The notes: generated by a model not told the origin, from the letters alone. 64,000 bases of DNA from an uncultured Rhabdochlamydiaceae bacterium (GCA_963712275.1 CAVQHD010000001.1:320001-384000); one strand, 5' to 3'; counted from the stretch's first letter, positions 21,080 through 30,288 are shown. A program made the numbers and translations.

Positions 21080-21984
21080 CGTGATTCCAGAAACCGTTTT
21101 AATCGCCGAAACATCAGACTTTCAATAAACTCCTCCGAAAAAGCAGCGCGCAGGATCTGATAGAGCTTAGGGTAGCATGCCGGTGTTGAAAACCCCTCAT
21201 AGAAAAAAGGTTTTAGGGAAGCTCTCTCAGGGGCGACGTCGATCTCTGAAAAAAAATCTGCCCCCAGACATAGTTGATCGGCGATCCCTAATTTTTGAGC
21301 GTGCCGAATATGCTTCAGCAAATCCTCAGGGCCGTCTGATCCTAAAAAATACCGAACTAAATTCAGTCCTATGATTCCCCCTCGCCCAGCAATTGCTTCT
21401 GCTAAATGATCTGGCACATTTCGTAAATGAGAACAAACTGCTCTAAAGTTGCTGTGGCTTGCAATTGGGGTCACATGAAGCGTTTCTATCTCTTTTAAAA
21501 TCTCCTCTGCCAAGCTGTCGGAAGCATGACTTAAATCGACCGCGATCTTTTTTCCACTCATCCATTGAAGAAGGACTCTCCCATCTTCTTTCAGCCCTAC
21601 TTTTGTATTTGTTCCACCTCCAAATCGATTCTCCTCATTCCATGTTAAACTGAGATAAACAATCGGATGCCTTTTCCACCACGATTCTAGTCTAAGCAGC
21701 CCCTGCTCAAGAGGTTCTTTCTCTAAGCAAAAACTTGAGCTATTTTCAATTGCCAGGTAAGCAGTCAGTGCCATTTTTGGAAGATGCGTAAAAATTTCAA
21801 ACTGCTTTGTCCCAAGTAATACCGAGTCGGAACTTGTCTCTGTAAAAATCGGAAACGTCTGTTCAACAACTCCTCCCTTTTCTAAAAGAAGAAGAGACAC
21901 CTGTGATTCAGGGTCAAAGGGTGTCCGTCCTTCTTTTTCAACAAGGTAGGAAAGAAGATCGCAATGGAAGTCAGCAACGCGCAT
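21076..21984 (-). CDS. Membrane dipeptidase (peptidase M19, amidohydrolase fold)
   Basis: DFHCD, LTWNEENRFGGG, VDLSHAS, IASHSN, LGADF motifs. Confidence 0.85.
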   Translation of the reverse strand: MRVADFHCDLLSYLVEKEGRTPFDPESQVSLLLLEKGGVVEQTFPIFTETSSDSVLLGTKQFEIFTHLPKMALTAYLAIENSSSFCLEKEPLEQGLLRLESWWKRHPIVYLSLTWNEENRFGGGTNTKVGLKEDGRVLLQWMSGKKIAVDLSHASDSLAEEILKEIETLHVTPIASHSNFRAVCSHLRNVPDHLAEAIAGRGGIIGLNLVRYFLGSDGPEDLLKHIRHAQKLGIADQLCLGADFFSEIDVAPERASLKPFFYEGFSTPACYPKLYQILRAAFSEEFIESLMFRRLKRFLESR

Positions 21985-22038
21985 ATCACAATCATGATCT
22001 CTTTAAGAATAAATTCAAAGGTGCTATGAGGTAAAAAG

Positions 22039-23175
22039 ATGCTTAAATTGATTCTCCTTTTAGGCCTTGTCAGTTTTTTCGCGGATATCACTTACGAAGG
22101 CGCTCGCAGCATTGTCGGCCCCTTCTTTGCGCTTCTTGGCGCATCGGGCGCTGTCGTCGGCACCTTTGCAGGGCTTGCTGCATTTGCAGGATATGGCATT
22201 CGAATTATCTCCGGATGGGTTGCAGATCGAACTCAAAACTACTGGCTTTTAACTGCGATCGGTTATCTCTGCAATCTCGTCGTCGTTCCTCTCTTTGCCC
22301 TCGCAGGTAGCTGGCAGACCGCTGCTATCCTCCTCGTCTTAGAACGCGCGGGCAAGGCACTACGCACCCCTTCTCGAGATGCAATGCTCTCCTATGCTTG
22401 CAAGAGCGTCGGACGGGGGTGGGGCTTTGGACTGCATGAAGCCTTCGACCGGTGCGGCGGACTTCTCGGCCCTCTGATCATGTTTGGAATTTTATCTTCA
22501 GGTCCCCATTTTAAAATGGCCTTTGCAATCCTGGCGATTCCAGCTGCTTTTGCTCTTCTAACCCTCTATGCAACGTACCGGCAATTTCCCCACCCTGAAG
22601 TTGCTGAACCCTCTCAAACTCCCTTCTCACTTCGCAATTTCTCACGCCTCTTTTGGATTTTTCTTGGAGCCTCTGCCTTATTTGGGGCCGGCACTTTAGA
22701 TTTTGCATTGATTTCGTACCACCTTCAAAAACAGGCTATTGCCTCCACTTCTCATATCCCTCTTTTTTACGTTGGATCGATCGCCATCTCCGCTCTTTTC
22801 GCCCTTGTCGGCGGAAAGTGGTTTGATAAAACACCAAAATTCTCTCTTTATTTCGGTGTTATTCTAGGCAGTATTAGCCCTTTATTTCTCTTCCTTGGGA
22901 ACACGACTGAACTGTGGATCGGCATTGCCTGCTGGGGGATTGCCCTCGGAACCCAAAATGCCCTTTTCCGAAGCGTCATTGCCCATTTAGTCCCGCCGCA
23001 AGAGCGCAGTACTGGCTACGGCTTGTTCGGCGTCGTTTTTGGACTTGCTTGGTTCCTCGGCAGCACTCTCATCGGCGTGCTTTACGATGCAGCCATTGCT
23101 CTTAGCGCTTGCACAAGCTTGGCGCTGCAACTCCTCGCCCTCCCTCTGATTAGAAAACTCCGTTTTGAGTTATAG
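22039..23175 (+). CDS. MFS transporter
   Basis: Multiple TM helices; GWVADRT motif A; LERAGKALRTPSRDA. Confidence 0.88.
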   Translation: MLKLILLLGLVSFFADITYEGARSIVGPFFALLGASGAVVGTFAGLAAFAGYGIRIISGWVADRTQNYWLLTAIGYLCNLVVVPLFALAGSWQTAAILLVLERAGKALRTPSRDAMLSYACKSVGRGWGFGLHEAFDRCGGLLGPLIMFGILSSGPHFKMAFAILAIPAAFALLTLYATYRQFPHPEVAEPSQTPFSLRNFSRLFWIFLGASALFGAGTLDFALISYHLQKQAIASTSHIPLFYVGSIAISALFALVGGKWFDKTPKFSLYFGVILGSISPLFLFLGNTTELWIGIACWGIALGTQNALFRSVIAHLVPPQERSTGYGLFGVVFGLAWFLGSTLIGVLYDAAIALSACTSLALQLLALPLIRKLRFEL

Positions 23176-23222
23176 AATCTTGCTCTATAACTCATTTTTA
23201 CGTATAAACATGAGTTATAGAG
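23166..23222. terminator. Hairpin plus T-run after the MFS gene, with a third copy of the arm allowing an alternative hairpin
   Basis: TGAGTTATAGA (23166-76) / TCTATAACTCA (23184-94) followed by TTTTT; ATGAGTTATAGAG (23210-22) also pairs with 23183-95. Confidence 0.55.
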
Positions 23223-23241
23223 AGGATGTTTATCCGTTGAC

Positions 23242-23410
23242 GGAAGAAAACCAAATGCTTTAGCGCTTGAATGAATTCCGCTACTTTGTTAAACTATTTT
23301 TGTCTTAACAGACTAGCCGCTGGAATGGCGGGTAAAAGCCTGTTGGAGCTGCCCTTAAGTTGGGAGCTATGAATCAGGAATCTCGTGCCCTTTAGGGCCG
23401 AGAGGTTCAA
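23242..23410 (+). mobile_element. Non-autonomous IS200/IS605-type element (PATE-like) carrying an omegaRNA-like scaffold, no tnpA or tnpB
   Basis: Right end GAATCTCGTGCCC-TTTA-GGGCCGAGA-GGTTCAA; imperfect left-end hairpin with TTTA loop (about 23251-23270); preceded by TTGAC; internal GCCTGTTGGAG...TGAATCAGG stems. Confidence 0.72.
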
Positions 23411-23533
23411 CACTCATGTCATGGAACTGGAAACTGCCTGATTGGCCAAAATTTAATTATAATCCCGACGCCCTCTCCCAAAAAGCGCCTTAGTTAAAAC
23501 GGGAGAGTTGCGCCATACCCGTTATCGACTAAA

Positions 23534-23693
23534 TCTTAGAAGCTGTCTTAAAACTCAGGTTTCGTCGCTTTTTGAGCCAATTTTCGCTTTATTTGGTGGG
23601 GGTAATATACGAAAGTTGATATTACCCCCACCAAATAAAGCGAAAATTGGCTCAAAAAGCGACGAAACCTGAGTTTTAAGACAGCTTCTAAGA
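23534..23693. repeat. Family C palindromic element: perfect 75-bp inverted repeat with 10-nt loop
   Basis: 23534-23608 is the exact reverse complement of 23619-23693; loop ACGAAAGTTG; ends 1 bp from the porin gene stop. Confidence 0.95.
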
Positions 23694-23694
23694 A

Positions 23695-24738
23695 CTAAAA
23701 ATCAAGGTTCCAGCGGACTGTCAGCCCCTGGATCCCCACCACAGAGTTATTAATGAATGTTTGCTTGGCCGCGGCGGGAGTTCCCTGAGATGTCCGGAAT
23801 ACCTCGTGAAGGTTCGACCAAAAGTTAAGTTCGTAGCCTATGAATAATTCTGTACGATAGTTCTCAAAGGCCATCTGCCATGAAGGGCCTGCTAAAGCCT
23901 GGAAATGAGGAACGAGGCGAGTATCATGATAATGGACATTGCGCAAAGGAAGAGCTGTATTGAATGTGCCTCCTCCATTTGCTGAAGACCTCTGTTTGTT
24001 TACGTTATGGTATCCTCCCGCATAGCAAGCTCCTGAAACCTGTCCCGTGAAGTAGATCCCCCCTTTTCCCAAAAACCAATCCAGAATAAGCCCAGCTCGA
24101 ATGCCAGCGCCCGTAAATCTCCAATGGCTGTGCAAATGGCTGGTCTGTCCCTGCGTGTCCTTGTAATCAATTTCCCAGTTCTGACGAAGCCAAGAGACAG
24201 TCGCCCCTCCATAGATCCCCATCCGAAGATGAGGATTTGGATAGAAACGACGCGTGCAAAGCCATTCCACTAAATTGAGTTTCAGCTCAATTGAACTGCG
24301 CGCTTTTGCAAGAGGGACCCCTTCCGCTGCATCAAAATTTGGCTGAGGCCATGTCCCATTGAGAAAACGAGTAGAAGAGTCGGGCGCATGGGTTTCATCC
24401 TGCCCCGTTCCCTTAAAATAGGTCCATGTAATAAATGCATCCCAGTAATGAGGCGCATTAAAATACCCGAAATTCAGCCGAACCCCAGGGTCCCATCCAA
24501 AATCGATATTTTTATAATGCCCTGTTCCTTCAGTTGGATTTCCCCAGGCTGCATTTTTCATGCGAAGAGCATAATCCAAAGCCCCTTCACTCACCGTCCA
24601 ATATAGAAACTCGACATTGGTGAAGAGAACCTTCTTATCTTTGCTGAAAAGATCTGTGTCATAACTTTTTTTAACAGGCGGCGCATCAGCATAAACAACC
24701 GCTGTCAAAACTAATAACCCAAGTCCTATCTTTCGCAT
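23695..24738 (-). CDS. Lpg1974/MOMP-like pore-forming outer-membrane protein
   Basis: Signal peptide; EFLYW, FGWDPGVRLNFGY, IGYELNFW, QGLTVRWNLDF with terminal Phe. Confidence 0.8.
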   Translation of the reverse strand: MRKIGLGLLVLTAVVYADAPPVKKSYDTDLFSKDKKVLFTNVEFLYWTVSEGALDYALRMKNAAWGNPTEGTGHYKNIDFGWDPGVRLNFGYFNAPHYWDAFITWTYFKGTGQDETHAPDSSTRFLNGTWPQPNFDAAEGVPLAKARSSIELKLNLVEWLCTRRFYPNPHLRMGIYGGATVSWLRQNWEIDYKDTQGQTSHLHSHWRFTGAGIRAGLILDWFLGKGGIYFTGQVSGACYAGGYHNVNKQRSSANGGGTFNTALPLRNVHYHDTRLVPHFQALAGPSWQMAFENYRTELFIGYELNFWSNLHEVFRTSQGTPAAAKQTFINNSVVGIQGLTVRWNLDF

Positions 24739-24767
24739 GCTTTTTCATATACGAGAGCGGGAATTTT

Positions 24768-25451
24768 CTAGCAAAGATCTTTTTCGTAGATGCTTCTCTT
24801 ACAACCCCATGCTTCTTTCTCACCTGTTTTTGTAAACCCATTTTTCACCAAAATTCGGATCGATGGTTCATTATCTTGACGTACTGTTGCAACCACATGT
24901 GAAATAACCTTGCTCACTGACTTACCATCGACCTCCTCGCTGATTTCATATTTTTGCGCCTGAAGGTAAGGAAGCCATTTTTGCATGACAGCTTCCACAG
25001 CTTGCGATCCATATCCTTTCTGCTGATAGTTCTTGTGAATAATGAAAGCAATTTCCGACTCTCCTGGATGATCACCGAACCCAGCAACGATATGTCCAAT
25101 AAACTGATGTGTCGGCTGATGGTAGATGGCAAAAGCACTAAATGGATTTCCCTCCTTCCACCGCTGGACCAACACTTGAATTCTCTTTGCAACAGCTGCC
25201 GTTTGTTCCTGCTTCCACTCTTCAAGTGTCTTTTTAGAAAGTCGTTCTTCATTGTCCGTAAACATCTTCATGGTCTCAGGATCTGTGTAGAGGCCAACAT
25301 AGTCTGCTCGATTATTTTCACTCACAGAGCAAAGCACTAAATCTTTTGTGTTCATTCGAACATCAATCCCTTGCCCTTCTTTTTTCAGCCATCCTCCTTC
25401 GAAAATAGGTGAATAACCATCCATGTCATTTGATGAAATTACTGCTGCCAT
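24768..25451 (-). CDS. GNAT (RimJ/RimL-like) N-acetyltransferase
   Basis: EIAFIIHKNYQQKGYGSQAV acetyl-CoA motif A; DNEPSIRILVKNGF. Confidence 0.82.
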   Translation of the reverse strand: MAAVISSNDMDGYSPIFEGGWLKKEGQGIDVRMNTKDLVLCSVSENNRADYVGLYTDPETMKMFTDNEERLSKKTLEEWKQEQTAAVAKRIQVLVQRWKEGNPFSAFAIYHQPTHQFIGHIVAGFGDHPGESEIAFIIHKNYQQKGYGSQAVEAVMQKWLPYLQAQKYEISEEVDGKSVSKVISHVVATVRQDNEPSIRILVKNGFTKTGEKEAWGCKRSIYEKDLC

Positions 25452-25503
25452 AAAACGCTCCTGTTTTTTAAATGGAGAATTCTACAGTCAATTGTCTTAT
25501 TTT

Positions 25504-26694
25504 TCACATGAAATCAGTGATCGGGGTTTGGAGAAACTTTTCAAGAGGAATACCTCCTGCTCCAACAATTAAAACTCGCGACGGCTTAAATTGGTGAGAA
25601 AAAAGATCAATTCCGGAGCGATTCAAAGCGGTGTGTTGACTTTTGACTTCAATCACAGTGATCTTTTCACTATCTTGAAGCACAAAATCCACTTCTTTAT
25701 CTCCCTCGCGCCAATAGAACACTTCGATGGATGTTCCGCGAGCGCTATTTAAAAGGTACGCTCCGACGGCAGATTCAACAACCCTTCCCCAATAAGCATG
25801 ATCTTTTTTTGCGTCCTGAAATGTCTTCGAGTTTTGGGCGCTCATAAGCGCTGTATTGAATACACAAAATTTTGGACTTGATCCTTTTTGCCTCACTTTC
25901 TGCCCAGCAAATTTTTGCAGCCCCTTGAGTAAACCAGCACCTGCTAATAGCTCAAGATAATGGGCAAGAGTCGTTGTATTACCCGCATCTTGAAGCTCTC
26001 CTAAGATTTTAGAATAAGAGAGAAGCTGCCCAGAATAACTACAACCTAGTTGAAATAATCTTCTTAGCAAAACAGGCTTGTTCACCTGAGTCATTAATAG
26101 AATATCTCGTGAAATTGTCGTTTCAATAAGGGATTCATTGATATAGTTGGTCCACCTTGATGGATTACTTAAACTTGCAAGAGAAGCAGCGCCAGGATAC
26201 CCACCAAAATAAAGATATTTATCCAATGACCAGCCAAAATTTTTATGCATCTCTCCAAAGGACCAGTGAGTCATCGGAATGACTTCAAAACGGCCAGCCA
26301 AGCTCTCAGACAACCCTTTTTGAACTAACCAAGGAGAAGAGCCTAAAATGATTACAAATAGATTGATTCCATTTCGCGTATCTTCATCCCAAAGAAATTT
26401 AATCGTGTCTGACCAATGAGGAATTTTTTGTACTTCATCAATAATGAGAAGAGCCCCTTTAGGTGATTTAACTTTGCTTCTTGCAACTTCCCATTGCTGA
26501 CGTAGCCAGGCTAGATCTTGCAGCGTCGCCAAATCAGCAGAGATATAATGACATGGCTTACGAATTGCTTTTGCCGCCTGCAGGGCAACCGTTGTTTTCC
26601 CCACCTGCCGGGGACCTAGAAGGGTCTGTATGAATCGACGACGCTCTCTCAATCGATCCATCAATTGATGGAAAATAGGACGTTTTTTCATCAT
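25504..26694 (-). CDS. AAA ATPase with DUF4143 / PD-(D/E)XK C-terminus
   Basis: Walker A GPRQVGKT, Walker B IIDEVQ, ESLAGRF, GGYP, EVDFV...IEVKS. Confidence 0.88.
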   Translation of the reverse strand: MMKKRPIFHQLMDRLRERRRFIQTLLGPRQVGKTTVALQAAKAIRKPCHYISADLATLQDLAWLRQQWEVARSKVKSPKGALLIIDEVQKIPHWSDTIKFLWDEDTRNGINLFVIILGSSPWLVQKGLSESLAGRFEVIPMTHWSFGEMHKNFGWSLDKYLYFGGYPGAASLASLSNPSRWTNYINESLIETTISRDILLMTQVNKPVLLRRLFQLGCSYSGQLLSYSKILGELQDAGNTTTLAHYLELLAGAGLLKGLQKFAGQKVRQKGSSPKFCVFNTALMSAQNSKTFQDAKKDHAYWGRVVESAVGAYLLNSARGTSIEVFYWREGDKEVDFVLQDSEKITVIEVKSQHTALNRSGIDLFSHQFKPSRVLIVGAGGIPLEKFLQTPITDFM

Positions 26695-26709
26695 AGGAGG
26701 TTCCTTTTT

Positions 26710-26751
26710 TTACTCACCCTATTGAGTAATTTTACTCAATGTATTGAGTAA
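26710..26751. promoter_or_regulatory. Two tandem palindromic operator-like sites TTACTCA-N6-TGAGTAA
   Basis: 26710-26729 and 26732-26751, 22-bp period, between divergent ATPase and TrxB-Trx genes. Confidence 0.55.
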
Positions 26752-26796
26752 AATCAAGAGCTGAATTATTAGACTTCCTTTCTCTATAATGGGCTG

Positions 26797-28152
26797 ATGT
26801 GGAAGCTACTCATTTTATTTTTGTCATGTGGTCTATTGCTCCATAGCGAGCCGCTGACGCCTATCAAGAAAAAAACTCCAGTTGTTGTTCTAGGAGGTGG
26901 TATAGCAGGGATGACCGCCGCTCTGCAGCTGTCGCAGGCAGGCATGATGCCCCTTGTCATTGTGGGCCCCTCTCCGGGGGGCGTCATCACCGTCTCGCAT
27001 GAAGTGGAAAATTGGCCAGGAGATATTCTCATTAGGGGGGCTGATCTTGCTGATCGCTTTGAACAGCAACTCAAAAACCGGGAGGTTGAGCTTTTATCTG
27101 CCGTGGCAACGGATGTTGATTTTTCCCACCGTCCCTTTTTAATTAAAGCCAAAAATCCTCTTGTTCCTACCGAATCGTATGAAATTGAGGCGCCCTGTTG
27201 CATCATTGCTTTAGGGGCAACGCCTAAATTACTCCAGGTTCCTGGAGAATCGGCCCTTTTATATAAAAAAATCTTTACTTGTGCTCCTTGCGATGGCTTT
27301 CGGTTTAAAGATCAAACCGTTGCCGTGATCGGAGGCGGCGAAGCAGCTCTAGTGGAGGCTCATTACCTTGCAACTCTAGCCAAGCAAGTTTATGTCATCG
27401 TGCGAGGAGATCAGTTCAAAACCATTCAACCTTCTCTTAAAGAAAAGCTTTTCTCAAAATCCAATGTTAAAATTCTTTACCAGACAACTGTCCAGCAATT
27501 CGAAGAGACCTCGGCCGGCATTAAACTCTACCTTAACCCTCAAGAAACCCTTCTTGTGCAAGCGGCCTTTCTGGCCATTGGATCTCATCCTAACACACAA
27601 ATTCTCAAACAATCTCTTAAACTTGATCCGCAGGGATATGTGATTCTCGAAAGGGGGCAAATGACCTCGATTCCAGGCGTTTTTGCAGCAGGAGATGTTT
27701 CAGATCGGGTTTATAAACAGGCCAGCACTGCGGCAGGAGACGCCACAAAAGCTGCGCTGGACGCTATCTCCTTTCTTTCCAATGCCCCTCCACTACCGGT
27801 AGCAGCATCTACTTCACCTCCTTCTGAGCCAACTGAAATTTTAAGCCTGGCAAACCTCCGCTCTATTCTTCAGACAGCTCATAAACCAGCAATCCTCTAC
27901 TTCTATTCTCCCTCCTGCTCTCCCTGCCGCTCATTTCGGCCACTTTATCAGAAATGGGCTCAAGACTTTGGCTCTGTTGCCTCGTTTCTAAAAATCAATG
28001 GAGAAACATCTTCCGCCTGTTTCAAAGCCTATAATGTACAAGCCATCCCAACCATCTTGGTTTTGGATCCAGATGGACATATTGCTTACCGTGCAACCGG
28101 CATTTCCCACATGTCAGAAGTTTTAGTATATTTGGAAAAATTGAAAAATTAG
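26797..28152 (+). CDS. Thioredoxin reductase-like flavoprotein fused to a C-terminal thioredoxin domain, with N-terminal signal-like peptide
   Basis: GGGIAG FAD motif, VENWPG, CAPCDG, TSIPGVFAAGDV; C-terminal FYSPSCSPCR...VQAIPT thioredoxin fold. Confidence 0.85.
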   Translation: MWKLLILFLSCGLLLHSEPLTPIKKKTPVVVLGGGIAGMTAALQLSQAGMMPLVIVGPSPGGVITVSHEVENWPGDILIRGADLADRFEQQLKNREVELLSAVATDVDFSHRPFLIKAKNPLVPTESYEIEAPCCIIALGATPKLLQVPGESALLYKKIFTCAPCDGFRFKDQTVAVIGGGEAALVEAHYLATLAKQVYVIVRGDQFKTIQPSLKEKLFSKSNVKILYQTTVQQFEETSAGIKLYLNPQETLLVQAAFLAIGSHPNTQILKQSLKLDPQGYVILERGQMTSIPGVFAAGDVSDRVYKQASTAAGDATKAALDAISFLSNAPPLPVAASTSPPSEPTEILSLANLRSILQTAHKPAILYFYSPSCSPCRSFRPLYQKWAQDFGSVASFLKINGETSSACFKAYNVQAIPTILVLDPDGHIAYRATGISHMSEVLVYLEKLKN

Positions 28153-28375
28153 AGAGTTATACTGCGCCCACCCCAAAAGTGTGAATTTCGGCTAGCGCGA
28201 AAGCTCCCTAGGATCGACGATCGCAAATTGGTTAGTATTAATCCAATACTAACCAATTTGCGATCGTCGATCCTAGGGGCTTTGGCGCAGCCCAAATTCA
28301 CACTTTTGGGGTGGGCGCAGTATAGTTGCAAAAGCGCGGATTTGGCCTCAAATTGGAGTTTTGCAACTGGCTCTA
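28150..28375. repeat. Family A palindromic element with left arm interrupted by the family D insertion
   Basis: TAGAGAGT...AGTTGCAAAAGCGCGGATTTGGCCTCAAATTGGAGTTTTGCAACTGGCTCTA; its ends coincide with the TAG stops of both flanking genes. Confidence 0.8.
28158..28324. mobile_element. Family D palindromic MITE bounded by TATA...TATA, inserted in a family A element
   Basis: TATACTGCGCCCACCCCAAAAGTGTGAATTT / AAATTCACACTTTTGGGGTGGGCGCAGTATA plus a long inner stem CCCTAGGATCGACGATCGCAAATTGGTTAGTATT. Confidence 0.85.
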
Positions 28376-29251
28376 GAACCTTGCTTCTTTCCGATGGCAA
28401 TAAGGTATTTCCCCATTTTTGCCATAATAGTCCTGATGATAGGCCTCTGCTGGGTAGAAAAGAGAAGCCGGTTCAACCTCGGTTGTCACTTTGAGCCCTC
28501 GCCGTTTTAAAAGGTCTATCAGTTCAAGGGCAACAGTTTTTTGTTCCTTGGTCAGATAAAAAATCTTCGATTGATATTGAGGCCCGCGGTCAGGACCTTG
28601 CCTTTCTTGCTGCGTAGGGTCGTGGATTTCAAAAAACTCTTTTGCAACTGTTGAATAGCTCGTCTTCCTAGGATCAAAAATCACTTCAATTGCTTCAACA
28701 TGTCCTGTGCTGCCTGTGCACACTTCCTCATAGGTCGGATCGACAACGGCCCCTCCAATGTATCCTACCGCTACGCGAATCACTCCGGGAATTTTCTTCA
28801 TGTAATACTCAACACCCCAAAAACATCCCCCTGCAAAAATCGCACGCTCATACCCTTCTTCTGTATAAGCAGCCGCAAATGTCAGAGAAAGAGAGTTGAC
28901 ACAATGTCTTGTATTCTTAAGCGTGATTCTCTCTCCCAAGAACAGATGACCCAGATGAGCTCCGCACCGATGACACCGAATTTCTGTTCTTTCTCCATCA
29001 GGATCGGGCCTTCGATCAATCGCTCCTGCAATTTCATCATCAAAACTTGGCCAACCGCATCTAGAGGCAAACTGGTCCGATGTTAGATAGAGAGGCGCAT
29101 CGCACCGCTTACAGACATAAACACCCAGCGATTGCTGATTGTTGTACTCTCCGCTGCCTGGATATTCCGTCCCGCAGTGGACAATAATTTCCTCTTCTTC
29201 TTGTGAAAGCTTATGGTACCGCTTCATGCCCATTCCCTGCTTTGTCTTCAC
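28373..29251 (-). CDS. msrAB: Bifunctional methionine sulfoxide reductase, MsrB N-terminal and MsrA C-terminal
   Basis: MsrB motifs [21 protein letters not shown]; MsrA motifs [25 protein letters not shown]. Confidence 0.93.
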   Translation of the reverse strand: MKTKQGMGMKRYHKLSQEEEEIIVHCGTEYPGSGEYNNQQSLGVYVCKRCDAPLYLTSDQFASRCGWPSFDDEIAGAIDRRPDPDGERTEIRCHRCGAHLGHLFLGERITLKNTRHCVNSLSLTFAAAYTEEGYERAIFAGGCFWGVEYYMKKIPGVIRVAVGYIGGAVVDPTYEEVCTGSTGHVEAIEVIFDPRKTSYSTVAKEFFEIHDPTQQERQGPDRGPQYQSKIFYLTKEQKTVALELIDLLKRRGLKVTTEVEPASLFYPAEAYHQDYYGKNGEIPYCHRKEARF

Positions 29252-29400
29252 ATCATAACTGTTTTAACATCCACTGAGCAAAAATATATTTCCAATTCCA
29301 TCCAATTTTTTTATTGAGAAGAATTGATAAAACTTAACCTTTACTAGAAAGGGAGGGATGGATATAATTGTGATCCTAAAATTCCAAGAGATAAATACAC

Positions 29401-30288
29401 ATGGCCGTTAATTTTAGAACATCTGCTAATTCAGCAAGTTATGACCCACCTTTTCAGGGAAAAAATACCTTGGAAGGTAGTGAAATGACTCAGCGGCAGC
29501 GGATGAAACAGATAGCTGAACAAATTAAAGCCATAAAGGGACGTGTCTATTGCTTTATCGGAAAGACAGCCAACGAACCTCTCCCCACCACAGAAGGAGC
29601 CATTTGGATTTCAGCAGACATTGAATACATCAGCAAAGCATATGAAGAACCTGTACCCCCCGAACGAATTCACATTCAAGGTGATTTTAATGAACCTGAC
29701 ACTGAAAAAAGCGGCCTTATCGAGATAAACCATCTACTCGATACAGTTGTCGTTGACAAAACCACCTGCCATTTTTTTACGAAAGGAGATTTTATCTCCC
29801 GTTTTGCAAAACTCTTAAAACCCTCTTCAGATAGCACACTAATTTTTGAAGTGTCCCCTTATCTCTGCCAAAGAGATCCTGCGATCTCATCACCAGAGAA
29901 TCACTATGGAGTTCTTTGTCTTCCCCCAAAAGATTTAAAAGATAAAATTGATTATTATCAGCTATACAGAGAGAAAACCGGCCCAGAACAAGTTGAGCAA
30001 GAATTTTTACAATATGTCCAACAAAGGACCTCTGACCCAAACCTTCGAAGTCGAGAAAAATATCAGAAGGATCCAGAACTTCTAAGGGATAATTTTAAGG
30101 CATATGTTGTAACAATAAAAATGAAAATTGTCTCTTATGAATCACAGATGTTTGAATGGGCGCGGAATGATACGCAACGGCATTTAGAAGAATTATTCAA
30201 AGATGTTAAGCGTTTGAATGATATACAGTATCCTTACCTGACGCGAGTATGTATAGCCGATGTTTTTGTGGCTAAGAAGCTATCTTAA
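29401..30288 (+). CDS. Hypothetical protein, weak resemblance to a SAM-methyltransferase fold
   Basis: 295-aa ORF; HIQGDFN, DTVVVD, FAKLLKP..TLIFE segments; no clear Gly-rich motif I. Confidence 0.5.
   Translation: MAVNFRTSANSASYDPPFQGKNTLEGSEMTQRQRMKQIAEQIKAIKGRVYCFIGKTANEPLPTTEGAIWISADIEYISKAYEEPVPPERIHIQGDFNEPDTEKSGLIEINHLLDTVVVDKTTCHFFTKGDFISRFAKLLKPSSDSTLIFEVSPYLCQRDPAISSPENHYGVLCLPPKDLKDKIDYYQLYREKTGPEQVEQEFLQYVQQRTSDPNLRSREKYQKDPELLRDNFKAYVVTIKMKIVSYESQMFEWARNDTQRHLEELFKDVKRLNDIQYPYLTRVCIADVFVAKKLS

Noticed and set aside
23418..23429. 11-nt match between the putative omegaRNA guide and 3102-3112 (TCATGGAACTG)
   Set aside because: Short, not in the 5' seed, and not preceded by TTGAC; compatible with chance
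23458..23530. Possible small RNA (TATAAT, CTCTCCC/GGGAGAG stem, GCGCCAT) resembling chlamydial IhtA
   Set aside because: Only a 7-bp stem, no good -35 box and no extended similarity that I can support
28149..28494. Small ORFs 28149-28400 and 28228-28494
   Set aside because: They lie in the nested palindromic elements or antisense to msrAB; mirrored peptides come from the palindrome
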